A stretch of 64,000 nucleotides of DNA from an uncultured Solirubrobacteraceae bacterium (GCA_963835865.1 CAWIGW010000006.1:9676-73675), one strand, 5' to 3'; shown: positions 1-11,857, numbered from the stretch's first letter. The notes: a model not told the origin generated them from the letters alone. Program-made: numbers and translations.

Positions 1-769
1 AGCCCAAGCCCATCAGGACGTTCTTCCAGCGGACGATCGAGTAGGCGGCCTTCCTGGGCAGCCGCCGGCGCAGCAGGTCGGCCAGAGCGTCGCGGGCGGG
101 CAGGGAGAGGACGTAGCTGGGCGAGCGCTGGAGCATCGTCACGTGGGCCGCCCGCTCGGCCATCGAGGGCACCAGCGTCACGGCCGTCGCGCCGCTGCCG
201 ATGACCAGGACCCGCTTGCCGGCGTAGTCGAGGTCCTCGGGCCAGTGCTGAGGGTGGATCAGCCGGCCCCGAAATGCGTCGATGTCGGCGAACTCGGGCG
301 TGTAGCCCTCGTCGTAGCGGTAGTAGCCGGTGCAGCCGTAGAAGAAGGAGCAGGTCAGCGAATAGCGTTCGCCGTCATGGGCTCCGTCGGTCCGTTCGAC
401 CTCCACGGTCCAGCGGCCCTCCGGCGATGACCACTCGGCGGCGATGACCCGGCTGGAGAAGCGGATCTGCCCCTCCAGGCCGTTCTCGGCGGCCGCCTCG
501 CGGATGTAGGAGCGGATCGAATCTCCGTCGGCGATCGCCTTGGCTGCATCCCAGGGCTTGAACGAGTAGCCCAGCGTGAACATGTCCGAGTCGGAGCGGA
601 TACCGGGGTAGCGGAAGATGTCCCAGGTCCCCCCGATGCCCTCACGGGCCTCGAGGATGGCGAACGTCTTGGCGGGGCACTCGCGGCGGAGGTGGCAGGC
701 GGCGCCGATCCCCGAGAGGCCGGCACCCACGATCAGTACGTCAACGTGCTCCATGGGGGTGAGGCTCAT
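1..769 (-). CDS. Flavin-containing (Baeyer-Villiger, EthA-like) monooxygenase; 3' end lies outside the window
   Basis: Manual translation MSLTPMEHVDVLIVGAGLSGIGAACHL...GGTWDIFRYPGIRSDSDMFTLGYSF, with a second Rossmann motif VIGSGATAVT near 190-170. Absent from the ORF track because the stop is outside the window. Confidence 0.9.
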   Translation of the reverse strand, partial: MSLTPMEHVDVLIVGAGLSGIGAACHLRRECPAKTFAILEAREGIGGTWDIFRYPGIRSDSDMFTLGYSFKPWDAAKAIADGDSIRSYIREAAAENGLEGQIRFSSRVIAAEWSSPEGRWTVEVERTDGAHDGERYSLTCSFFYGCTGYYRYDEGYTPEFADIDAFRGRLIHPQHWPEDLDYAGKRVLVIGSGATAVTLVPSMAERAAHVTMLQRSPSYVLSLPARDALADLLRRRLPRKAAYSIVRWKNVLMGLG

Positions 770-842
770 CGCTTCGCAGGGTACCTCAGCCGGGCGGGCC
801 GCCCCTGAAGCCCGGGAGGGTGGGGCCCGGCGGGGCGCTCAC

Positions 843-2184
<1,342 letters not shown>

Positions 2185-2226
2185 TTAGGGACGCCTGGGG
2201 GCGAGCCGTCTGCGCCCTGGTGCCTC

Positions 2227-2988
2227 TCAGCCGATCCGTCCGGCCAGATCGCCCGTCTGCGGGCGTATCTCGAAGCGCTTGTCCTCGCCGTACAGGGGGA
2301 TCAGATCCCCGCAGATCTCCACCAGGCGCGAGACGGTTCGTGCGCCAAGACGCTCGGAGAGCTCGTCCGGCATCAGGTTGGTCGTCGCGATGATCGCCTT
2401 CTCCGCCTCATAGCGGGCGTTGACGATCGAGTAGAGCTGCTCGAGGACCCACTCCGTCTGGTTCTCGGCTCCAAGGTCATCCAGGTGAAGCAGGTCGACG
2501 GCCGTCAGGCGATCCATGAAGTCGACCATGCCGGCGTCAGAGTCCATCGATTCGCGCAGCAGGTTCAGCAGTCTCGGCAGCGAGTAGATCGCAACCGAGC
2601 GGCCCGCATCGAGTGCCGACTTGGAGACCAGCATGGCCAGTGTCGTCTTGCCCGTCCCCACGTCGCCCTGGATCCAGAGCCCCTTGCCGGCGTCCAGGTT
2701 CGCCGCCACCGAGCCGACGTAGCGGCGCACCGTCCTGATCTGCTCGGGCGCGGTCCGCCCGATGTCGCTCACAGGCGGACGGTCGAAGGAGACCCCCCGG
2801 TAGCGCCGCGGGATCCTCCCGGCCAGGCTCCGCGTGCGGGCGCTCGAGATCCGCGCGGCACGGCAGGCGCAGTCCCGTGCAGTGTTGGTCTGCTCGTCGA
2901 TCAGGAAGCCGCCCCCGTCGCACATTCCCAGCGGGCATGAGGTGGAGCCGGCGCCCTCGTCGTTGAACGCTGCCGTCGGCTCGCTCAT
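2227..2988 (-). CDS. DnaC/IstB-like AAA+ ATPase, putative helicase loader
   Basis: N-terminal Cys motif CPLGMCDGGG...CAC, Walker A GDVGTGKT, Walker B LLHLDDLGAE, RY...TTN...SRL; start overlaps the dnaB stop (ATGA at 2985-2988). Confidence 0.85.
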   Translation of the reverse strand: MSEPTAAFNDEGAGSTSCPLGMCDGGGFLIDEQTNTARDCACRAARISSARTRSLAGRIPRRYRGVSFDRPPVSDIGRTAPEQIRTVRRYVGSVAANLDAGKGLWIQGDVGTGKTTLAMLVSKSALDAGRSVAIYSLPRLLNLLRESMDSDAGMVDFMDRLTAVDLLHLDDLGAENQTEWVLEQLYSIVNARYEAEKAIIATTNLMPDELSERLGARTVSRLVEICGDLIPLYGEDKRFEIRPQTGDLAGRIG

Positions 2989-4382
2989 TCGTCGGAGTAG
3001 CGCTGTTCGCCGGCGTAGTTCATGAACTTCGGGTACTCCTTCTGGAAGGTCAGGGTGACTTTGCCGACAGCCCCGTTTCGATGCTTGGCGATCAGCAGGT
3101 CGGCCTCGCCGGGACGCTCGGAGTCCTCGTTGTAGTACTCGTCCCGGTAGATGAACATCACCAGGTCGGAGTCCTGCTCCAGGTTCCCCGACTCCCTCAG
3201 GTCCGAGAGCTGGGGCTTCTTGTCCGGACGGGTCTCGACCGCCCGGCTCAGCTGCGAAAGGGCGATCACCGGAACGCCCAGCTCCCGGGCCAGGATCTTC
3301 AGCCCACGGCTCAGCTCGCCGACGGCCGTGACGCGGCTGTCATAGCGGCTGTCCGTGCGCATCAGCTGCAGGTAGTCGATGATGATCAGGCCAAGGCCGC
3401 CCTCGCATTGGCTGTGCAGCCGTCGCGCCTTCGCCCGGATCTCGAGCATCCCCACGTCGCTGGAGTCATCGACCCACAGCGGCGCCGCCGCCAGGCGCTC
3501 GCTGGCACTCAGGATCTTCGGCCAGCGCGCCTCGGCCACCCGGCCCTTGCGCAGCTCCTCGCCCTTGATCGACGCCTGCGAGGCCACGAATCTCTGCGCC
3601 AGCTCGGCCTCGGCCATCTCCAGCGAGAACAGCGCCACCGGCCGGCCGTGGCGGACCGATGCGTTTTCGGCGATGTTGCAGACGAGCGCGCTCTTCCCCA
3701 TCGCCGGCCGGGCGGCGATGATGATCAGGTTCCCCTTCTGGAAGCCCCCCGTGATCTCGTCCAGGTCCTTGAAGCCCGAGGGGGTCCCCGTCAGCGAGGT
3801 CTTTTCGATGGACAGGCGGTGGAGCTTGTCCAGCTCCTCGTGCAGCACGTCCTCGATCGACTTGAAGTCCTGCTGGCGGTCGTCCCGGGCGACCTCGAGC
3901 ATCGCCTTCTCGGCCTGCTCGACCAGCTCCCGCGGGGGTACCCCATGACCCAGGACGCTCTCCTGGATCTCGTAGGACGTCTTGAGCAGACGGCGCAACA
4001 GGGCGTTCTCGCGAACGATCTGGGCGTAGCGCCGGGCGTGCCCCGCCGCCGGCACGACACCTGTGAGTTCATCCACGGCCGCCTGGCCGCCCACGTCTGC
4101 GAGCTTGCCCATCTGGCGCAGGCGGTCGGTGACCGTCAGGACGTCCACCGGTTCGCTCTCGTTGTAGAGCGCCAGCATCGCCTCGTAGATCAAGCCGTGG
4201 CGCTCACGGTAGAAGTCCTCCCCACGCAGCCCCTCTTCGATCACCAGCGCGTAAAGGGAGCGATCGGACAGCAGGATCGCGCCCAGGACCGACTGCTCGG
4301 CATCGAGGTTGTGCGGCGGGGTGATGACCCCGGTGGGCGCTCCGTTGGCGCCGTTGGTTGTGGAGACAGCGCTCACGGCCAT
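2985..4382 (-). CDS. dnaB: Replicative DNA helicase
   Basis: PPHNLDAEQSVLGA, AARPAMGKS, IIDYLQLM, LSQLSR, LSDLRESGNLEQDSD, AKHRNG. Confidence 0.97.
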   Translation of the reverse strand: MAVSAVSTTNGANGAPTGVITPPHNLDAEQSVLGAILLSDRSLYALVIEEGLRGEDFYRERHGLIYEAMLALYNESEPVDVLTVTDRLRQMGKLADVGGQAAVDELTGVVPAAGHARRYAQIVRENALLRRLLKTSYEIQESVLGHGVPPRELVEQAEKAMLEVARDDRQQDFKSIEDVLHEELDKLHRLSIEKTSLTGTPSGFKDLDEITGGFQKGNLIIIAARPAMGKSALVCNIAENASVRHGRPVALFSLEMAEAELAQRFVASQASIKGEELRKGRVAEARWPKILSASERLAAAPLWVDDSSDVGMLEIRAKARRLHSQCEGGLGLIIIDYLQLMRTDSRYDSRVTAVGELSRGLKILARELGVPVIALSQLSRAVETRPDKKPQLSDLRESGNLEQDSDLVMFIYRDEYYNEDSERPGEADLLIAKHRNGAVGKVTLTFQKEYPKFMNYAGEQRYSDE

Positions 4383-4520
4383 GGCTGCGCCGAGTCTAGA
4401 TCGCCACTCGCCGGGGCCCGGGAGCACTCCCCGCTATAAGGGAACATTTCGGCTCTCACGAACGCATGTTCGCAGGTGCCGGTGACGGATAAGCCGAACC
4501 TGCCGGCGGGAGGGCCGAGC

Positions 4521-4974
4521 CTATTTCTTGGCTACGACCATGGTCTTGATGGTGGCGGTCACGTTGTCGACCACATCCACCACGACCATGTAGGTGCCGA
4601 CGCTCTTGATCGGCTCCGGGAGATGCACGTTCTTTTTATCGATCCGCAGGCCACGCGCTTCGCGGATGGCCGTGGCGATGTCCTGGGCCGTGACCGACCC
4701 GAACAGCCGTCCGTCCGCTCCGGCCTGCTGGGGGATCGTCAAGCACGGTCCGGTTCAGCAGGTTGCTGTTCTCCTGAGCTTTCTCGACAGCTTCGCGGGC
4801 CATCCGCTCATCGGCGGCCTGGCGCTGGCGGATCGTCTCGATTGCGCCCTTGGTGGCCGGCTGGGCCAGCTTGCGAGGCATCAGGTAGTTGCGCAGGTAG
4901 CCCTTCGAGACATCGACCACCTTGCCCTGCTCGCCGAGGTCCTCGACGTCCTTGAGGAGAATCGCTTCAGGCAT
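4521..4974 (-). CDS. rplI: 50S ribosomal protein L9 (frameshift near 4740)
   Basis: ILLKDVEDLG..G.VV.V..GY.RNYL.P and GRLFGSVT...PIKSVG in two frames; lies between rpsR and dnaB. Confidence 0.93.
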
Positions 4975-4976
4975 GT

Positions 4977-5300
4977 CTAGTCCCTGCCGCGGTCGCCGCG
5001 CTCGCGGCGAGGCCCGTCCTCGCGCCCGCCCTCGTTGACGTAGGGCAGCAGGGCCAGCTCACGGGCGCGCTTGACGGCCGTGGCGATCTGGACCTGGTGG
5101 CGCCGGCAGGACCCGGTGATGCGGCGCGAACGGATCTTCCCCTTCTCGGAGATGAACTTGCGCAGGGAGACGATGTCCTTGTAGTCGACCTGCTCGACCT
5201 TGTCCCGGCAGTGCTGGCAGGGCTTGCGCCTGCCGCTGCCGGGACCGCCGCGCTTGTCGCGCCGGCGGACAGGCTTGCCACGACCGCGTGCCTTGGCCAT
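4977..5300 (-). CDS. rpsR: 30S ribosomal protein S18
   Basis: CQHC...VDYKD...[21 protein letters not shown]...[12 protein letters not shown]. Confidence 0.96.
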   Translation of the reverse strand: MAKARGRGKPVRRRDKRGGPGSGRRKPCQHCRDKVEQVDYKDIVSLRKFISEKGKIRSRRITGSCRRHQVQIATAVKRARELALLPYVNEGGREDGPRRERGDRGRD

Positions 5301-5372
5301 CAGATAGCCCCGCCGCGGAGCGGGAATTCGGGGCCGGCTGAAATTGAAAACACTGAAGACCTCACTGACTCA

Positions 5373-5843
5373 CTAGAACGGAATGTCCTCGTCGGCTGTG
5401 CCGCCGGAGACCGGTGCGGCCTGGAAATCCCCTTCCTCTACGGGGATGTCGCTGCCTCTTGAGCCCCCGTTTCCAGCAAAGCCGCCCCCACTGGAGCCAT
5501 CTTCGCGCGAGCCAAGGAACTGCACCGAGTCGGCAATGATATCGATTGCCTGGCGCTTTGCGCCGTCCTGTGCCTCCCACTCGCGCCACTCGAGGCGTCC
5601 GTCGACGGCGATCGGGCGGCCCTTGGAGAGGTAGCGGGCGGCATTCTCGCCCTGTGCGCCCCATACGGTGACGTCGAAGTAGTTGGGCTTGTCCTCCCAT
5701 TCGCCGCTGCTTCCGTTCTTGCGGCGGGTGTTGCAGGCGACTCGAAGCTTGCAGACCGACGTGCCGCTTGGCAGCGAGCGCAGCTCCGGGTCGGCGGTCA
5801 GGTTTCCAGTCAGCACGACCCTGTTGATGTTGGTGGCGGCCAC
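5373..5843 (-). CDS. ssb: Single-stranded DNA-binding protein
   Basis: INRVVLTGNLTADPELR, YLSKGRPIAVDGRL, C-terminal DEDIPF. Confidence 0.97.
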   Translation of the reverse strand: MAATNINRVVLTGNLTADPELRSLPSGTSVCKLRVACNTRRKNGSSGEWEDKPNYFDVTVWGAQGENAARYLSKGRPIAVDGRLEWREWEAQDGAKRQAIDIIADSVQFLGSREDGSSGGGFAGNGGSRGSDIPVEEGDFQAAPVSGGTADEDIPF

Positions 5844-5965
5844 GACTCCTCTTCCTTTCGGCTTGTTCCTCGTCCGGGTACCGGACCTCGGGCTTTGGAG
5901 CCCAGGGCGCCGAGTCTAGACCGGGCTGGTGATGCGGTTGTCCTGCGACGTCCCTGCGATCCCGC

Positions 5966-6622
5966 TTATTGCGAGGATCGCTTGTTCCGCGGCGATGTGC
6001 GGAAGACGTCGTCCCAGTATGGCGCGCTGATCCCGAATCCCCGGGTGTCGTCCTGGAAGTGGTGCCGCATGTGGCGCTCGCGGAGCATCCTGCCGAGCCT
6101 TCCGTGCGGCCGGAAGTGGTGCAGGTAGTAATGCATCATGTCGTAGACGAGATATCCCGTGAAGAAGCCCGCACCGAGACCCGGAGCGTAGGTGGAGCCC
6201 ACGACGAGGTACATCACGCCGAAGACGATCGCCCCGAGAGGGATGCTCACCGCGGGCGGCATCACCAGGCGCATCGGGTCGTTTGGGTGATCGTGGTGGA
6301 CGCCGTGGATGATCCAGTGCATCCGGGCTCCCAGGCCCTCCTCGGGCTCGAAGTGGAAGACGATCCGGTGCAGCCAGTACTCGAACAGGGTCCAGATGGC
6401 GTAGCCCGCCAGGAAGAGGATGATCGTCGAGGGCACGCTGACCTGTTCCAGGCTCCAGACGCCCATCAGCAGGATCGCCGGCACGAAGATCAGGATCGGC
6501 ACCACAGGGTGGACGCGCGAGAGTGCATCGAGGATCCGCGACTCGAACATCGGCGGCGAGGCGCGGAGGACGTCCGTCCGCTTCACGGTCCCGTCGTTCA
6601 TGTCTTCGGACCAGTCCATCAA
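5966..6622 (-). CDS. Fatty acid hydroxylase/sterol desaturase family membrane protein
   Basis: Four His boxes (HRIVFH, HGVHH, HYYLHH, HMRHH) and WDDVFRT. Confidence 0.88.
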   Translation of the reverse strand: MMDWSEDMNDGTVKRTDVLRASPPMFESRILDALSRVHPVVPILIFVPAILLMGVWSLEQVSVPSTIILFLAGYAIWTLFEYWLHRIVFHFEPEEGLGARMHWIIHGVHHDHPNDPMRLVMPPAVSIPLGAIVFGVMYLVVGSTYAPGLGAGFFTGYLVYDMMHYYLHHFRPHGRLGRMLRERHMRHHFQDDTRGFGISAPYWDDVFRTSPRNKRSSQ

Positions 6623-6673
6623 CGCGATCTTATTACGCTCCCGGGGGTTCGCCGACGTGGCGAACTACGGTCT

Positions 6674-7193
6674 TCAGGAGCTCTCAGGCAGGCTCGGCGA
6701 CCGGGGCTTCAGGAGCCACGTCGGCCTGGCGGCCTCAGGGGCGGGCGCCTCGGCGGCGACCGGCGCCTCGAGGGGCTCGCTCGGCGGGTGCCTCGGCCTC
6801 AGGGGCGGGCGCCGCGACGGGAGCCTCGCCCGTCTGGGGGCGCTGGCCGGCGCCGCAGCGAGCGCCGGAGCCCATGTTCGGTGCCTCGGGAACGCCGGGC
6901 GCGAGCTTCACGATCCGGAAGCGCAGCACGCCGTCGGTGATCCGCAGCGTCCGGTCGAGGCCGCTCAGCAGAGCGACGTCGCCGACGTGGAACTGGAAGA
7001 GGTGGTACTCGGCGCTGGTCTTTTTCTCGATCGGGTAGGTCAGCGCTCGCTCGCCCCACTCGTCGTAGCGGGTGAGCTCGCCCTGGCCCTCGATCGTGGC
7101 GCGGGTGTCCGCGACGATCTTGGCGCGCAGGTCGGCCTCGGCCTGCATGTCGAGCAGGAGGACCAGGTCGTATGTGGGTGCGGGCAGGGTCAT
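6674..7193 (-). CDS. rpsF: 30S ribosomal protein S6 with an Ala/Pro/Glu-rich tail (indels in the tail; end approximate)
   Basis: YDLVLLLD...WGERALTYPIEK...LRITDGVLRFRIVK. Confidence 0.9.
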
Positions 7194-7247
7194 AGGACGC
7201 GCTTGCGAAAGACTAGCGGGTCGGCGCTCTGGGCTCCCTGACGACCC

Positions 7248-8711
7248 TCAGGACTCCGCCGAGCGTCCCTTCGCGCGGATGTCGGCCAGCTGCTCGTCGA
7301 TCCAGTCGCCCGGGTCCCGGGACGTCACGATCTCGACCAGTCCCTCCGCACGACGGCGGCGCTCGGCCTCATCCATGGTCAGTGCCGCGTAGATCGAGTT
7401 GGCCAGCTCCTGGATGTCGAAGGGGTTGACCGACAGGGCGAACTCGCCCAACTCCTCGTGCGCTCCTGTGTTCTCGGAGAGAATCGAGACGCCGTTGTGC
7501 TCGTTGACCAGCGGGCCCTCCTTGGCGACCAGGTTCATCCCGTCGAACATCGCATTGACCAGCAGGACGTCGTAGTGCTTGTAGGACGCCACGGCCTCCT
7601 CGAGGTCGTCCCGGAGCTTCAGTTGGATGGGCATCCAGTCCGGCGTCCCGTGGCGATGGTTGACGACCGCCACCAGAGCCTCGATCCGCTCCAGGTACTC
7701 GGCGTACTCGGGCACATCGGTCCTCGAGGGCATCAGCTGGGCGATGAAGGTCACCCGCTCGGTGAACTCGGGGTGCTCCTCGAGGAACAGGTCAAACGAG
7801 GAGAATCCCCTCAGCACGTTCTTGCTCAGATCGGCCCTGTCCACCCGGAGGATCAGGAAGTCCCTCCTGCGGCGCAGCAGCTCCTCCTCGAATTCGCTGA
7901 CCCGAGTGCGCTGGGCGATCTGGCGGGTCGCGGCGTGGTCGATCGGCAGCGGATAGGCCCGAACCCAGATCTCGCGCTCGCCGAAGCGGACCAGGCCCCG
8001 GTCGAAGTCGACCTCCAGGTCCATCAGGTCGCGGCAGCACTGCAGGAAGTTGTGCCGATAGGAGCGGGTGTGGAAGCCGATGATGTCGTTGGCCAGCAGG
8101 CCCGTGAAGATCTCCTCGCGGATCCGTGAGGGCAGAACCCGCCAGGCGTCGGGCTGAGTCCAGGGGATGTGGATGAAGTGATGGAGGAAGACGTCCGGGC
8201 GTGCCCGGCGAACGAGGTCTGGCAGCGTGTAGAGGTGGTAGTCGTGGACCATCACGACCGGTTCCTCGACTCCCTCGATTTCCTCGACGACAGCGCGGGC
8301 GAGGTCTTCGTTGACGACGTTGTAGCCGAACTCGAACGCCTCGATCTCCTCGCGGCGGATGTCCGGCGCGTTGGAGAGGTCCCAGAGGTAGTGCTGGATG
8401 AACCACAGCATCGGGTTCGCGACGACGTTGTAGAAGCGGTCGTAGGCATCCGGGTCGGAGACGACCAGGCGCACCTCATACTCACCGCCCCCCGGAGAGT
8501 GCACGGGGAATGCCCTGCCATCATGCCGGCGCGAGAACTCGGCGTCGAACTCGTTCATCGCCGAGGCGATCCAGACGGTCTCGCGATAGGAGGCCAGGCC
8601 GGTCAGGGCCGTAACCAGACCACCCGAGCCCCGCTGCACCTCACCATCGGCCTGGAACGTGACCGGGCCCCGGTTGCTGACCAGCACCAGCGGAGTCCGC
8701 TGGGCCGGCAC
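7248..8711 (-). CDS. otsA: Trehalose-6-phosphate synthase family (GT20)
   Basis: LVSNRGP, GGLVTAL, VHDYHL, HIPW, RVDRADLSKN, DGMNLVAKE, LSENTGA. Confidence 0.85.
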   Translation of the reverse strand: MPAQRTPLVLVSNRGPVTFQADGEVQRGSGGLVTALTGLASYRETVWIASAMNEFDAEFSRRHDGRAFPVHSPGGGEYEVRLVVSDPDAYDRFYNVVANPMLWFIQHYLWDLSNAPDIRREEIEAFEFGYNVVNEDLARAVVEEIEGVEEPVVMVHDYHLYTLPDLVRRARPDVFLHHFIHIPWTQPDAWRVLPSRIREEIFTGLLANDIIGFHTRSYRHNFLQCCRDLMDLEVDFDRGLVRFGEREIWVRAYPLPIDHAATRQIAQRTRVSEFEEELLRRRRDFLILRVDRADLSKNVLRGFSSFDLFLEEHPEFTERVTFIAQLMPSRTDVPEYAEYLERIEALVAVVNHRHGTPDWMPIQLKLRDDLEEAVASYKHYDVLLVNAMFDGMNLVAKEGPLVNEHNGVSILSENTGAHEELGEFALSVNPFDIQELANSIYAALTMDEAERRRRAEGLVEIVTSRDPGDWIDEQLADIRAKGRSAES

Positions 8712-8715
8712 CTCG

Positions 8716-9951
8716 TCAGGCCTCCTTCAGCCCGTTGAAGATCCTCAGGTAGTCACGCAGGTAGCGTGGCGTCAAGAAGTGCTGTCGCACGTGCTCCTTG
8801 CCGCGGCGTCCCAGCGCACGACCGAGCTCCGGGTCGCGCAGGATCTCGAGCGAGCGGTCGGCGCACTGGTCGGCACTCGAAACCAGGAACCCCGTGACGC
8901 CGTCTTCGATCTGAAGCGGGATGCCGCCCACGTTGCCGCCAACGAAGGGCCGCCCCTTCCAGATCGCCTCAGACACCGTCAGGCCGAAGCCCTCGCGTGT
9001 GGACTTCTGGATCAGCACGTCGGCATGCGACTGGAAGGCGTTGACCTCGATCGCTCCGACGTTGTTGAAGTTGTTGAGGATGTGGACGTCCGGATCGCCG
9101 TCGGCGTGCGCGATGGTGGCGTTGAAGAAATCCCAGCCCTCGGGGTCGTCGCTGGCCATCGAGCCGACCAGCGCCAGCTGCATCTCCGGGATCTGCTCCT
9201 TGACGATCCGGTAGGCGTCGATCACGCCCAGCGGGTCCTTCCAGGGGTCGAACCGGGAGACCTGGCACATCAGCGGGCGGTCGACGTCGATCCCGAACTG
9301 ACCGCAGACGAACGCGCCGTCCTCGGGGGACAGCGCCATGTTCTTGGGCGTCAGGGGATCGATCGCCGGCGGGACGATGTTGACGTTGCCCTTCATCCCC
9401 GTCGGCGCGTACTCGGCCATGTGAAACAGCGACTCGGGGTAGTTCTCGATATAGGGCATCAGCTGCGAGATCGTGTCCGGGTTGGGAGTCGAGACGTCGA
9501 TGTGGCATCGCCAGATCCAGCCCTTGGCCTTCTCGGGGACCAGCGTGTGCAGGGCCGCCGGCTGGGGGTCGTGGACAAGGCAGACGTCCCACCCGTCGCT
9601 CAGCTCGCGTGCGTTCATCTCGTTGAAGCGACGCCAGGTGTCCCACTGCTCGGAGTCCAGGTCCTGCGGCGCCCCCTGGAGGGCGTTGTGCATCAGCTTG
9701 GTCGCGTTGAAGAACTCTTCACGGCCGTAGATCACGTGCCACTCGCAGTCCAGCCCGACGTCGCGCATCAGGGGGACCAGCGTGTAGAGGATCTCCGAGA
9801 CGCCGCCGCCGAAGGCAGTGGCCGACACGTGGACCACCCGGTGACCCTGGAGCGGCTCGGCCAGCTCGCGAATTTCCGCGATCAGCTCGCGTCCGCAGAT
9901 GTGGGTGTAGTCAGTGAGGGACTTGGTTGCGACTGCCACTGGCTGGAGCAC
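8716..9951 (-). CDS. TreT-like glycosyltransferase (GT4, trehalose synthase)
   Basis: ATAFGGGVSEIL, VHDPQP, WIWRCHID, QVSRFDPWKDPLGVI, QKSTREGFGLTVSEAIWKG; GTG start at 9951 inferred. Confidence 0.85.
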   Translation of the reverse strand: MLQPVAVATKSLTDYTHICGRELIAEIRELAEPLQGHRVVHVSATAFGGGVSEILYTLVPLMRDVGLDCEWHVIYGREEFFNATKLMHNALQGAPQDLDSEQWDTWRRFNEMNARELSDGWDVCLVHDPQPAALHTLVPEKAKGWIWRCHIDVSTPNPDTISQLMPYIENYPESLFHMAEYAPTGMKGNVNIVPPAIDPLTPKNMALSPEDGAFVCGQFGIDVDRPLMCQVSRFDPWKDPLGVIDAYRIVKEQIPEMQLALVGSMASDDPEGWDFFNATIAHADGDPDVHILNNFNNVGAIEVNAFQSHADVLIQKSTREGFGLTVSEAIWKGRPFVGGNVGGIPLQIEDGVTGFLVSSADQCADRSLEILRDPELGRALGRRGKEHVRQHFLTPRYLRDYLRIFNGLKEA

Positions 9952-10042
9952 GCGGCGGCACGATATCTGAAGCGCCGCCGGATCGACCCGTCGACAGCCG
10001 GGGTGCACGGCGGGCCGCCTCGCTGACTAAGGTCTAAGGCGA

Positions 10043-11851
10043 ATGCTCAACGGGCGTCTCTATCGCGCGGCCTTCCTGCCTTTCCTGCTCGCCCTGGCAA
10101 CAGCCGCCTTTTCGCTGGGCGGCCGGCCGCCGGCGCTCACCTCGACGCTGGCGCCCGACGCCTTTCAGGGTCCCAGGGCATTCACGGAACTGCGCAGCCT
10201 GCTGGCCCACTATCCCCGAGCCGCCGGCCGGGCAGCGGCGCTGACGAACGGCTGGCCCGGTCGATCGCGGCGTCGTTCCGTGGCCTGGGAGGCACCGCCG
10301 GGGGGGGTTTCACAGTCCATGTCCGTCATTTCGAAGCTCAGACGATCGACGGCGAAAAGGGACTGACGACGGTCATTGCCGAGCGGCCGGGGTCGACCAG
10401 CGAGGCGCCCATCCTGATCGTGGCCCACCGCGACGCCGCCTCGCCGGGCTCGGCCGCCGAGCTGTCGGGCACAGCCGCGCTACTGGAGCTGGCGAGGGTT
10501 TTTGCCGCCCGTGAGACCAAGCGAACGATCGTGCTGGCCTCCACCAGCGGCGGCAGCGGCGGGAACGCCGGCGCCCAGGAGCTCTCCTCGAGTCTGGCCT
10601 CGGCGGGAATCCACGGCCCATTCGATGCCGCCATCGTCGCTGGGGGACCTCGCCTCATCCCGCGCCCGGCGTCCGTTTGTCGTTCCCTACTCGGACAGCT
10701 TCGGCTCGGCCCCCCTTGCGCTGCAGCGGACCGTCGCCCAAGCGATAAAAGGCGAGTCCGGCTGGGACCCGGGGGAGCCCAGCGCACTGGGCCAGCTGGC
10801 GCATCTCATGTTTCCCATGGCCGTCGGTGAGCAGGGCGTGCTGAATGCCCAGGGGCTGCCGGCGGTGCTCGTGCAGGCCACCAGCGAACGAGGACCCACC
10901 CCTGCGGGGAGGGTCAGTTTGGAAAGGCTGGAAGGGCTCGGCCGAGCGGTCCTCAACTCGGTCGACGCACTCGACACCGCCCCCGACGTCTCCCGCACCG
11001 CTCAGACCGGTCTGCTGCTGCAGCGCAAGACGATGCCCGAGTGGGCCCTGAGGCTCCTCCTGGGCACGCTCCTGCTCCCCCCGCTTGTGGCCGGCGCCGA
11101 CGGCCTGGCTCGACTGCGCCGCCGGCGCGAGCCGGTCGGCCGCTGGACCCTCTGGACACTGACCCTGGCGCTGCCCTTCCTGTCATGTGCCGTGCTCTGC
11201 TGGCTGCTGGGTCAGCTCGGGATCATCGGCGCGGCCCCCTCGGTGCCCGCCCCTCCCCGTTCGATGCCCTTCGACGCGGCCGCCGGCACCACCGTCGCAG
11301 TCGTCGGGCTCACCTTCGTTCTCGCCTGGCTCCTCTGGGGGGTCCTGCTCCGGCGGGCAGGGCTTCCCGGGCGCCCCGACCCGGAGGTCACCGGTCTCCC
11401 GATCGTCCTCATCCTCACCGGCCTGGGCGCCCTCGTCTGGCTGCTGAACCCCTACACGGCGCTGCTGCTGCTGCCGGCGATGCACCTCTGGCTGCTCCTC
11501 GCCGCGCCCGAGCTGCGACCCAGGCGCCCCCTGGCCCTCGCTCTGGTGCTCGTCGCGCTGCTACCCCTGATCATGCTCATCGCCTTCTACTCGCGCCAGC
11601 TCGGGATGGGCGTCGGCGGGGTCGCCTGGGGCGCCGTCCTGCTGGTTGCCGGTGGTCACATCGGACTGGGATCGGCCGTCCTGTGGAGCCTGGGGCTGGG
11701 CTGTGCAGCGGGGGCGACACTGCTGGCCGTCCTCGCTCCGCCCGCCTCGATGCCGCAGAGCTCCGACGGCGTCGAGGTGACCATCCGCGGGCCGATGTCC
11801 TATGCGGGACCCGGATCGCTCGGGGGTACCGAGTCGGCTCTGCGACGATAG
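10043..11851 (+). CDS. Multi-pass membrane protein with a degenerate M28 peptidase-like extracellular domain (frameshifted)
   Basis: N-terminal hydrophobic anchor; ILIVAHRD...SGTAALLELARVF...RTIVL (M28-like); several TM segments in ORF 10502..11851. Confidence 0.65.
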
Positions 11852-11857
11852 GAAGCT

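Noticed and set aside
2227-2988. IS21 element (IstB)
   Set aside because: No IstA transposase or terminal inverted repeats; the gene is coupled to dnaB.
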